This document shows positions 51,945 through 60,422 of a stretch of 64,000 nucleotides of DNA, piece by piece. The stretch's first letter is position 1, and every line of letters starts with the position of its first letter. Origin of the DNA: an uncultured delta proteobacterium (lineage in GTDB: Bacteria; Myxococcota; Kuafuiibacteriia; Kuafuiibacteriales; Kuafuiibacteriaceae). Where the stretch lies: contig CAWDML010000001.1 of NCBI GenBank assembly GCA_963803435.1, positions 2,528,001 through 2,592,000 on the forward strand, in the 5' to 3' direction. The notes below the pieces were generated by a model. It was given only the letters and a program-made list of their open reading frames with translations. It had not been told where the DNA came from and ran no database searches. A program made the translations under genes and the position numbers.

Positions 51945-53897
51945 TCAGTGCGTGTAGCGCTCGATGAACTCGAGGGCGCGCTGGTGGGCCATCAGGTTGT
52001 TGCCGGGATCGCGGAAGCCGTGGCCCTCGTCCGGCACGAAGAGCGTCTCGACGGGCTTCTTCTGCGCCTGGAGCGCCTTCGCGATCGCCTCGGCCTGGGA
52101 GAACGGCGCCCGCTCGTCAGCCTCCCCGTGGATGAGGAGGACGGGGACCTGGATCCGATCCACGCCGTGGATCGGCGAGACCGCCGCCAGCGCCGCCGCG
52201 TCGTCACCGAGCTGCCGCTTCAGGTAGGCCACGCCGAACTCGCTCTCCTGAAGGTCACCCTCCTGGAAAAGCCCGGCGAGATCGTAGACGCCTGCGTACG
52301 CCACGGCGCAGCGGAAGAGCTTCGGCGCGCGGATCGCGCTCTCGAGCGCGGAGTAGCCGCCGAAGCTCGCGCCGTAGATCGCGATGCGCGCGGGATCGGC
52401 CACGCCCTCTCCGATCGCCCAGCGCACCGCCTCGATGATGTCGTCCTGGATCCGATCGCCCCAGTGGAGGTCACCGGCGCGGGTCAGCTTCATCCCGTAG
52501 CCACCCGAACCGCGATAGTTCAGCTGGAGCACCGCGAAGCCGAACTTCGCGAACATCTGCACCTCCGGGTCGAAACGCCACTCGTCGTAAAGGTTCGTCG
52601 GACCGCCGTGCGGGATCACGACCATCGGCAGCATCTTGTCGCTCTTGCCGGCGGGCGTGGTCAGATAGCCGTGGAGCTCGACGCCATCGCTGGCGGTGAT
52701 CTTGAACGCCTCCATCGGGCTCATCGCCGTGACGTCGACCCCCTCGCGGATCGAGAACAGCGCCTTCGCGTCGTCGCCGACGACCAGATGGAAGACGCCC
52801 GGAAGCCGGTCGCTGTAGACCTTGGCGAGCGCGACCTTCCCGTCGGTGCTCATGCTGGTGACCCGGGCGTGGTACTGGGGATACTTCTCCTTCAGCACGC
52901 CGAGCACCCGCGTGATCGGTCGGGTCTCGTCGAGGATGTCCCACACCGGATAGTCGGGCTCGTAGTCCACCGCCGCCGGAGCGCCGGTCTCGGGATCGAA
53001 CAGGATCTCCCGCGGCGCCGAGCCCGCGTGGCGGGAGAGCAGCCGTTGTCCGCCGTCGAGCGAGAGCGCGAAGAGCCCCGGCCCCTCGTCGTCCTCCTCG
53101 ACCAGGTAGATCTCGCGCTTCACCGACGACCACCCCTCGATCTGGATGCCGGGGCTGAGCGCGGCGGTGTCGAGCGGCTGCCAACCATCTTTCGCGTTGG
53201 TCAGCAGGAACGCATGGTAGTCGCCGTCGGAACCCTCCGAGAGGGCGACCCGAACGTCCCCGGCTCCGTCCGTGAAGTAGGTGTCGACGTCGCCCGGTCC
53301 CGCCAGCACGCTCCGGTGAACGCCGGTCTGGACGTCGACCGCCACGACCTCGCTCTGGTTCGTGCCGCGCGCGTTGTCGGACCACCGCCGAGAGAACACC
53401 AGGATCTTGCCCGGATCGTTCGGGAGCGGATCCAGGATCGTCCCGAACGCGCGCACCGCCTCGGCCTTCTTGATGTGCGAGCCGGTCTGCATCTCGGTGG
53501 TCTGGCGGAAGCTGAAGACGAGCTTCGGATTGGAGCCGTCAACGTCGACGGCCATGATCTCGCCGGTCCGCGCCACCAGATCGAGGGGGCCGTACCGTTG
53601 GCCGAGCTCCATCACCAAACGGTCGTTGCTCGCCCACTCCATCGACCAGAGCACCAGCGGCGGCCTGAGCGCGCTGCCACCCAGAACCTTCAGGTCGGAC
53701 GTCTGCATGAACTCGACGCGGCTCTCCGTGCCGTCGAAGGAGCTGATCGCGATCCGGGTACCGTCGGGCGAGATCTTCGCGTCGTCGAAGTCGTCCGGTT
53801 TCGTGAAGATCCCAATCCCTCGCTCATCCGGTACGGAGGCCCGATGTGCACAGCCGATGAGGGTCAGCGCGGTGAGCGCCCAGAGAATTCTCTGCAC
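51945..53897 (-). CDS. S9 family peptidase (dipeptidyl aminopeptidase/acylaminoacyl peptidase) lipoprotein
   Basis: PHGGP, NYRGSGGYG, GASFGG nucleophile, HGEADER, EGHGF; lipobox LIGC. Confidence 0.92.
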   Translation of the reverse strand: MQRILWALTALTLIGCAHRASVPDERGIGIFTKPDDFDDAKISPDGTRIAISSFDGTESRVEFMQTSDLKVLGGSALRPPLVLWSMEWASNDRLVMELGQRYGPLDLVARTGEIMAVDVDGSNPKLVFSFRQTTEMQTGSHIKKAEAVRAFGTILDPLPNDPGKILVFSRRWSDNARGTNQSEVVAVDVQTGVHRSVLAGPGDVDTYFTDGAGDVRVALSEGSDGDYHAFLLTNAKDGWQPLDTAALSPGIQIEGWSSVKREIYLVEEDDEGPGLFALSLDGGQRLLSRHAGSAPREILFDPETGAPAAVDYEPDYPVWDILDETRPITRVLGVLKEKYPQYHARVTSMSTDGKVALAKVYSDRLPGVFHLVVGDDAKALFSIREGVDVTAMSPMEAFKITASDGVELHGYLTTPAGKSDKMLPMVVIPHGGPTNLYDEWRFDPEVQMFAKFGFAVLQLNYRGSGGYGMKLTRAGDLHWGDRIQDDIIEAVRWAIGEGVADPARIAIYGASFGGYSALESAIRAPKLFRCAVAYAGVYDLAGLFQEGDLQESEFGVAYLKRQLGDDAAALAAVSPIHGVDRIQVPVLLIHGEADERAPFSQAEAIAKALQAQKKPVETLFVPDEGHGFRDPGNNLMAHQRALEFIERYTH

Positions 53898-53933
53898 GCG
53901 CGGACTCTAATCATCCGCCGGGCGCGCGTCGAC

Positions 53934-55187
53934 TCACTCGGTGCTCTCGAACACGAAGGGATACATGACGACCACGATGCCGCCGCCGTGGGGCCTGGGG
54001 AACGCCAGAGACTCGAGCACCTCCCGGACGCAGGACTCGACCCGCTCGTTCCCGAGCGTACTCTCTACGACCTGAGCTTTGGCCACCCGGCCAGTCGGGG
54101 CGATCGTGAACCGCGTGCTGATCTTGCCGCCCAGGTTCGGATCGGCCTGGAGCTGCTTCTCGTAGCAGTACTTGATCCGCGGCAGCGACCGCTCGATCAC
54201 CCGGGCCACCGCGCGGCGATCGAGGCCGCCCTGGAGCGTGACGTGCCGCTCCGGGATCCGGACCGTCCGCTTCCTCCCTCGGAGCGCCATCCCGGTGCCG
54301 TGCGGATCGCCGTAGACGCCGCGACCGTGGGTCCGGAGGCCGCCGATCGAGAGCGACCCGCCGCCGCCGCCCGCGCCGGTCCCCCGGGTGCCCATCCCTC
54401 CGGCGCCGCCTGCGTCGCCCAGCGCGCGGGAGCCCCGTACGCCGCCCAGCGCGACGGTGAGCCCCGGGCCAAAGTCGCTCGACAGCACCGAGGCGATCGC
54501 CCCGCCCGACCCGAGGGCCGAGAGGTCCCTGAGGAGGCCCGAGCCCAGCGCGATCGCCCGATCGCGCCGCCGCCGCTCAGCGTCCGTGCGCGGCGCCTGG
54601 TGCGTCTTCGCAGGACGGTCCACCGGCCCGAGCGCGCCCTCCGGCCCCAGGTGCTTGGCAGCGTCGGGATGCCCGCGAGGGGCGTCGGCCCGGCGCACCG
54701 GCTCGAGACGGATGTTCCGGATGTACGAGGGATGCGCCTCCAGCAGATCGACGCCGAACGGGCTCGCGGGCGGCGTCATGACGGCGGAGGCCACGAAGAA
54801 CGCGTGCGTGGTGGTGGAGAGCGCCAGCAGTCGCGGGTAGGCCCAGTCGATCCTCCGGGCCCGCTCCATCTCGATCCGCCCGTCGACCCGCCGGAGCTCG
54901 AGGATCAGGTTCGCCAACGGGAAGGTGACCGACGTCTCCGGGCCGAGCTCGACCTCGTGCTCGCTGGAGCGGACGCGGCGGCCGCCCGCACGCACGTGCG
55001 CGATCGATCCGCGGGGGACCCGCACCACCACCGTCGCGCCCCGCTTCTGGGCGATCACCAGGCCCGGCGGCGCGTCGATCTCGGCGAGGAGATCCTCGAT
55101 CCGCACGGCTCGATCGCGGAAGACGTGGACGCGATCGAGGATCGTGTCGCCCCAGTGAACCGTGATCTCGAGCGTGTCGTCCGCCAT
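53934..55187 (-). CDS. AgmX/PglI C-terminal (TonB-like) domain protein, GltG-like
   Basis: N-terminal WGDTILD domain, TM, Gly-rich linker, IKYCYEKQL...GKI...F.I...G.V...C...FPRP.GGGIV.V.YPFVF. Confidence 0.85.
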   Translation of the reverse strand: MADDTLEITVHWGDTILDRVHVFRDRAVRIEDLLAEIDAPPGLVIAQKRGATVVVRVPRGSIAHVRAGGRRVRSSEHEVELGPETSVTFPLANLILELRRVDGRIEMERARRIDWAYPRLLALSTTTHAFFVASAVMTPPASPFGVDLLEAHPSYIRNIRLEPVRRADAPRGHPDAAKHLGPEGALGPVDRPAKTHQAPRTDAERRRRDRAIALGSGLLRDLSALGSGGAIASVLSSDFGPGLTVALGGVRGSRALGDAGGAGGMGTRGTGAGGGGGSLSIGGLRTHGRGVYGDPHGTGMALRGRKRTVRIPERHVTLQGGLDRRAVARVIERSLPRIKYCYEKQLQADPNLGGKISTRFTIAPTGRVAKAQVVESTLGNERVESCVREVLESLAFPRPHGGGIVVVMYPFVFESTE

Positions 55188-55241
55188 GCCCGATCGGACA
55201 CTGGCGAACGCCGGCCGGTTCCCCGCTTCGCTCGGTGTTCC

Positions 55242-55814
55242 CTACTCGGCGCGCGCCTGCTCGGCGAGCGTGCGTCCGGAGATCACGCGGTGCTGATCCT
55301 CGAAGCGCGTCGCCCACTCGGCCTCGATCAGGAGGAACGTCTCGCGATCCTTCCCCAGGCCACCGGCCACCACCTGATAGAACGCGTCGCGATACTTCAC
55401 CTTGCGCCCGTTCTGGTACGGGAACCGATAGCCCTCCGCCTCGAGCCCGGCCGTCGATGGCAGGTGATCGAACGGAAGCACGCCGTTCTCCTCGAAGCTC
55501 ACCCACAGGCGCTCGGGCTCGACCTTGACCACCAGCCCGGGCGTTCCGGCCGGGATCCGGATCTCCTCGATCATCTCTCCGTCGACGAACCGGTACGCGT
55601 GATCGCGCGTGACCGCGTGCTCGCTGGTATCGACCTGACGGCGCAACACCAGGTCGTCCGAGACGAAGAACTGGAGTCCCTCGACCTGCTTCGGCGAGAG
55701 ACGTCCGGGAGCTCTGAAGTCGTGGAGGAATGCGACCCGCTGGCTCGCGCAGCCGGCCGCTCCGATCGTCGAGACCACCGTCATGATCGCGAGGAGACGC
55801 GCTGTCCGTACCAT
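55242..55814 (-). CDS. Hypothetical lipoprotein
   Basis: AAGC lipobox; QFFVSDDLVLRR...IPAGTPG...VSFE. Confidence 0.7.
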   Translation of the reverse strand: MVRTARLLAIMTVVSTIGAAGCASQRVAFLHDFRAPGRLSPKQVEGLQFFVSDDLVLRRQVDTSEHAVTRDHAYRFVDGEMIEEIRIPAGTPGLVVKVEPERLWVSFEENGVLPFDHLPSTAGLEAEGYRFPYQNGRKVKYRDAFYQVVAGGLGKDRETFLLIEAEWATRFEDQHRVISGRTLAEQARAE

Positions 55815-55866
55815 GCCGTCTGGGATAGCGCCGGGCTGCGGGACCGGCAAGAAAACGGCTCCCGGC

Positions 55867-56895
55867 TCAGTGAGAGCCCTCGTACGCGGCGACGCTCGGG
55901 TGCTGGCATCTCCGGCGACGGGACTCGATCACGATCCGCTGGATCAGCTCCTCGTAGCCGAAGCCGGCCGCGCCGGCGGCCATCACAAACTCGCCCTCGG
56001 GGTCGAGATAGCAGCTCGCGTTCACCTCGAGGACGAAGATGTCACCGGAGGCGTCGACGCGCAGATCGACGCGGCCATAATCGCGGACGCGCAGCGCTCG
56101 GTACGCGGCGAGCGCGACCTGCTTGAGGCGCTGCGCCAGGGCCTCGCTCAGGTCCGCCACCTTCGCGTGCGTACCGTGATACTCGGCGGACGAGCGATCG
56201 AACTTCGCCTTCGCGTCCATCACCTTGGGGAAGCCGTCGGGCAGCCCGGAGAAGTCCATCTCGATCGGCGGGAACGCGATCGGGTCGTCGTTGCCCACGA
56301 TGCCGACGTAGAACTCACGGCCCTCGATGTACTCCTCGACCAGCGCGGCGTCGTCGCACTCTTCATGGATCTCGCCGACGCGGCGCACGAGATCGCTCGT
56401 GCTCTGCACCACCGCCTTCGCGCCCGACTCGATCCCGATCGAAGCATCGAGCCGGAGCGGCTTCACGAAGAGCGGCATCTGCAGCCGTCCGCCGCAGTTC
56501 ACGTCGGCGCCCTTGGCGAAGACGGCGAACTTGGGAAAGTTGATCGATGCGAACGCCAGGATCTTCTTGGTGAGGCCCTTGTCGCCGGTGAGATAGAACT
56601 CGCCGGGACCGCCTCCCGTGTACGGGACGTCGAGAAGATCGAGCACGCCGACGGCGGCGACATCGCTTCCGATCGATCGCGCGCCGAACTGTTCCAGGAG
56701 ATTGAAGACGAGATCGGGATCCGTGGTGCGGATGCCGTCGACGAGGCGGCGAATGTCGTGGCTGACGGTCAAGACCGAGACATGATGCCCGTTCCGCTCC
56801 AGTGCCCGCACCACCCGGGGCACGACCTCGTCGACTTCGCCGTCACTCGGATCACGGTAAGCCAGGACCGTGACCCGGAGCTGTTCCTCCATCAA
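55867..56895 (-). CDS. D-alanine--D-alanine ligase-like ATP-grasp protein
   Basis: PDLVFNLLE, VPYTG, DKGLTK, PLFVKP, DASIGI, EEYIEGREF, YGRVDLR, LEVN. Lacks the canonical Ddl GG.S.E N-terminus. Confidence 0.85.
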   Translation of the reverse strand: MMEEQLRVTVLAYRDPSDGEVDEVVPRVVRALERNGHHVSVLTVSHDIRRLVDGIRTTDPDLVFNLLEQFGARSIGSDVAAVGVLDLLDVPYTGGGPGEFYLTGDKGLTKKILAFASINFPKFAVFAKGADVNCGGRLQMPLFVKPLRLDASIGIESGAKAVVQSTSDLVRRVGEIHEECDDAALVEEYIEGREFYVGIVGNDDPIAFPPIEMDFSGLPDGFPKVMDAKAKFDRSSAEYHGTHAKVADLSEALAQRLKQVALAAYRALRVRDYGRVDLRVDASGDIFVLEVNASCYLDPEGEFVMAAGAAGFGYEELIQRIVIESRRRRCQHPSVAAYEGSH

Positions 56896-56975
56896 ATACA
56901 GGTTCGCAGGAACCGGTCCCGAATCACAAGAGCCGGCGGCGCGCCTCGGCGACGATCTCGAGCCGGCGCCTTGTC

Positions 56976-59177
56976 GTGTGCGGTCCGGTACCCGCGGTCG
57001 CGCACCGGGTCGTCGAACGATCTGGGGCGAAGCGGGACAGGTGTGTCGATCGCGAGGTACAGTCGCGAACGGTGCGCTTCCCCCCCTTCGAGCGCCTGCG
57101 CTGGGATCCGACGGACACGCGCACGCAGTCGTTCATCGGCCGGGGATGGCTCCGCCGCACCGAGGACGTGACGGTCTACGCCGGCTTCGACGCCAACGCC
57201 TTCTCCCGCGCGCAGGCCGCGCGGCCCGCCGCCAAGCACCGCGACGGCTCGCTCGCCTGGATGGTCGAGGCCGTCCGCGCGCTCGATCCTCCCGCCTCCG
57301 CGGGTCCCGGAACCGCCCCACGCCAGGGCGCCCTCCAGCGGGCGACCGACCGCCGGCGCCTCCTGGAGCTCGCGAGGGGCCCGATGGCCTCCTACTCCCT
57401 GACGGAGATCGGCCGCTGGCTGGCGGCTTCCGGCGAGGAGCCCCGGTTCACGCCTCCGTACGTGCGGAGCCTGGCGAAGACCGCCGGGAGCCTGGGACGG
57501 CCGGTCGATCGCTACGGCGAGGAGCCCCACTTCCTGTTCGCGGCGCACCTCGCGTTCTACCTCCTCGGCGTCCCCAACGGCACGACCGAGGCTGAGGCGC
57601 TCGACGGCTTCGTCCGCGACCCGCGCATCGCCGCCCTCTATCTGTGGCCCGATTTCGAGCCCGAGGATCTGGAGCGCCTGCGCACGATCTACCCGTTCAT
57701 CCCCCGCTGGCCCGAGGGCAGGAAGACCGAGGACTGCCTCTCGCTCAGCACCCGGTTCCCCGAGACCGTCCGAGGCCGCCTGTACAGCGACCTGGTCCGG
57801 GAGATCCGCGCCCTCGCCCAGATCCCCATGACGGACGCCGTCCTCGAGGACCTGGCGGCGATCCGCGACGAGCGCGACCTGATGCGCAATGCCCGGCTGG
57901 TGGAGTGCACCGGGATCTTCGCCGATCTGGTCCCCCGGATGGAGCTGATGCTCTCGGCCGACGGCCTCGACGGTCACGACGTCCACATCGTCTCGAAGCA
58001 CTACTCGACCGATCCGCTGGTGGCCCAGACCGTGGCGCGCGTGTTCGGCGCCAAGATCGAGGTGGTCGAGGGCGACGAGGAGCTGGTCGCGCACACCAAG
58101 GCTGCGATCGAGCACGCCACCGAGCAGGGCCGCGATCGCGCGCCGCTGGTCGCACACATCGAGGGGATCAAGTCGTTCTGGGGCTGGCTAGCCGAGCACC
58201 AGCGCAGGCACCCGGAGGTCCGCATGGTGGGCGTCTCCCACACCACCAGCGACGGCCGCGATCTGCTCGCCAGCCTCGAGGGCACCAGCGGCACCGCACC
58301 GCTCCCGGTCGAGCTCATGTCGTTGTCCCCGGCCAAGGCCAAGGACGAGCGCAATCGCTTCAAGCATACCTTCGGCCGCCTGCTCTACGACGTCGGCGAC
58401 GCGCTCAACGACACCATCTTCAACCGCCACTTCCTGGTGCTCGGCTACGGCAGCATCATCGGCCCGGCGATGTGCGACGCACTGGACGCCGCCGACGTCC
58501 GCGACGTCGTCGTCTACGATCCCAATCCGGAGCGCCGGGCCGCCGCCCGCGAAGCCGGCTTCCAGGTCATCGACACGCTCGACAGCGAGTACGACCGCTC
58601 CCCGTTCATCATCTCCTGCGCGGGCACCCAGACCCTCGGACCGGAGCAGCTCGACCGCTTCACCGGCCATCCCACGCTGCTGTCGCTCGGCTCGGGACGC
58701 TACGAGTTCGCCATGGACCACCTGGAGGAACAGGCCAGGTCCCCCGGGGTCACGCGCCGCGAGATCGGCCTCCTCGGACACCAGCCGATCGTCGAGTACA
58801 CGCTGCCGAGCGGCACCACCTTCACGGCCCTCGCCGACGGCTACGTCGCGAACCTCGCCTACCCACGCCCGACGATCCCGGCGTACTCCGTCACCACGCC
58901 GCTGCTGGTCTGGGAGGCGATCCGCCAGGGCATCCATCACCTCGAGAACGGGCGCATGGGTACGCACATGTTCCGAACGATCGACATCGACGTGTCCGAC
59001 GGCGGCGCGCGCTGGCTGACGCTCTATCCCCGCGAGGTCGAGACGATGAGCCCGGAGGCGGTGCGCAAGAGCTTCATCGTCGGGACGATCGACCAGGCCA
59101 CCACGCACCCGTACATCTTCCGGATGGCCCGCCGCGCCCCCGTCGCCGTTAACGGTCCAGGGCCGGAGCGATGTTGA
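56976..59177 (+). CDS. Divergent S-adenosylhomocysteine-hydrolase-like protein with unknown N-terminal region (start uncertain)
   Basis: C-terminal ~430 aa parallels AdoHcyase: IPM, SKHYST, HTTSDG, SPAK, VLGYGSIIG Rossmann, VVYDPNPERR, IISCAG, SLGSGRYEF, LADG..ANL. Confidence 0.6.
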   Translation: MCGPVPAVAHRVVERSGAKRDRCVDREVQSRTVRFPPFERLRWDPTDTRTQSFIGRGWLRRTEDVTVYAGFDANAFSRAQAARPAAKHRDGSLAWMVEAVRALDPPASAGPGTAPRQGALQRATDRRRLLELARGPMASYSLTEIGRWLAASGEEPRFTPPYVRSLAKTAGSLGRPVDRYGEEPHFLFAAHLAFYLLGVPNGTTEAEALDGFVRDPRIAALYLWPDFEPEDLERLRTIYPFIPRWPEGRKTEDCLSLSTRFPETVRGRLYSDLVREIRALAQIPMTDAVLEDLAAIRDERDLMRNARLVECTGIFADLVPRMELMLSADGLDGHDVHIVSKHYSTDPLVAQTVARVFGAKIEVVEGDEELVAHTKAAIEHATEQGRDRAPLVAHIEGIKSFWGWLAEHQRRHPEVRMVGVSHTTSDGRDLLASLEGTSGTAPLPVELMSLSPAKAKDERNRFKHTFGRLLYDVGDALNDTIFNRHFLVLGYGSIIGPAMCDALDAADVRDVVVYDPNPERRAAAREAGFQVIDTLDSEYDRSPFIISCAGTQTLGPEQLDRFTGHPTLLSLGSGRYEFAMDHLEEQARSPGVTRREIGLLGHQPIVEYTLPSGTTFTALADGYVANLAYPRPTIPAYSVTTPLLVWEAIRQGIHHLENGRMGTHMFRTIDIDVSDGGARWLTLYPREVETMSPEAVRKSFIVGTIDQATTHPYIFRMARRAPVAVNGPGPERC

Positions 59178-59553
59178 GCGTGAACGTGGCCGAGGGAACC
59201 GACTCCCAGGAGCGCTTGTTCACCAGCGTCAGCTTGCCGCGCACCATGTCGGCCGGAAGATTCGGCGACACCTGGTAGGTGAAGACGCGGGATCCGCCGC
59301 TGCCGGGCTGGTTCGATCCGCCGACGTAGTCGCTCCGCAGCAGCTTGAGGAGCGGCGAGCTCCCCGACTCCTTGGGCTGCCAGGTGTAGCCGCTGCTCCC
59401 GCCGTTCTCGGGGAGCGAGATGCGGAAGATGGTCCCGGGGATCATCTTCGCGGTCGCGCCGTTGTCGCGCTCGAAGAAGGGACGGGCGAGCTCGACGGCG
59501 CCGGATCCGTCGCTGATCTTGCTTGCGCGCTGGGTGCTGGTCACGTCGTACAT
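59149..59553 (-). CDS. Chagasin-family (I42) cysteine peptidase inhibitor
   Basis: FRISLPEN..SGYTW, PGSGG.R.F, KRSWE motifs; AAGGAG RBS. Confidence 0.8.
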   Translation of the reverse strand: MYDVTSTQRASKISDGSGAVELARPFFERDNGATAKMIPGTIFRISLPENGGSSGYTWQPKESGSSPLLKLLRSDYVGGSNQPGSGGSRVFTYQVSPNLPADMVRGKLTLVNKRSWESVPSATFTLNIAPALDR

Positions 59554-59705
59554 GGTCTAACTCCTTGTTCTCTCGGTTGTTTGATTACTGTCCGATGATT
59601 ACCTACATCATCGACCTGCCGACCGGTCGCGACGCGCCCCGAGCGGACACTTGTCCCGTCCGATTTTTCGAGGCCGTCCTCTGCGCTCCGGGCGACATTC
59701 ATCTC

Positions 59706-60416
59706 GTGAACGTTCGCGAGCTCCTGAGGCGGAACCCAGTCCTCGCGATCGGTTCGGACCGCGCCCTCCTTCAGGTCGCCAGGGTGAGCGAAGCGAAGGT
59801 GTTCGAGCCGGGCGCGATCGCGGCGCGCCTGGGCAGCGAGGTGACGCACGTCCTCGTCGTGGCGAGTGGGCAGCTCGAGCTCTACCGCAAGAACAGAGAG
59901 GCCGACACGCAGATGCTGGTCGGCGTGATCGAGGCGCCCGCGATCCTGGGCGACGCCGAGCTCTACGCCGGCTCACCGTGGGTCGTCACGGTCCGCGCCT
60001 CCGATCAGAGCGTCGTCGTCCGCATCCCGGTCGCCGCCTACGATCGCATGGTCTCCTCGGATCCGAACATCGCGGCCGGCCTCTATCGCGACAGCTGCTC
60101 GCGACACCTGCTCGCCGTCGAGATCATGCAGGTGTTCGCGCTCCAGAAGACCGAGAACAAGATCCTCCGCCTCCTGATGAGCATCGCGCACGACGGCGAG
60201 GAGTCGGGCTACTCGGTCGCCCGCATCTCCCAGGTCCAGCTGGCGAACGCGCTCGGCCTCAACCCGAAGACGGTCCGCCGTCATCTCGCCGCGCTCGAGA
60301 AGCAGGGCGCCCTCGAGCGGCGCGGCGCCGAGATCCTGCTCCGGAACGAGCGCGCCCGGTTCGGCAAGCTCGGCCGGGGCTTCGGCGCCTCGTGGAAGCT
60401 GGCGCGCGGGCGTTGA
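59706..60416 (+). CDS. Crp/Fnr family transcriptional regulator
   Basis: cNMP-binding fold (VVASGQLELYR, ILGDAEL) plus C-terminal HTH (SQVQLANALGLNPKTVRRHLAALEKQG); GTG start estimated. Confidence 0.85.
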   Translation: MNVRELLRRNPVLAIGSDRALLQVARVSEAKVFEPGAIAARLGSEVTHVLVVASGQLELYRKNREADTQMLVGVIEAPAILGDAELYAGSPWVVTVRASDQSVVVRIPVAAYDRMVSSDPNIAAGLYRDSCSRHLLAVEIMQVFALQKTENKILRLLMSIAHDGEESGYSVARISQVQLANALGLNPKTVRRHLAALEKQGALERRGAEILLRNERARFGKLGRGFGASWKLARGR

Positions 60417-60422
60417 TCGACC

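Noticed and set aside
51204-56126. 1,640-aa plus-strand ORF, and other long ORFs such as 5590..8145, 32695..35079 and 43275..45863
   Set aside because: Antisense shadows of well-supported minus-strand genes; expected in high-GC DNA, with Arg/Pro-rich, motif-free translations.
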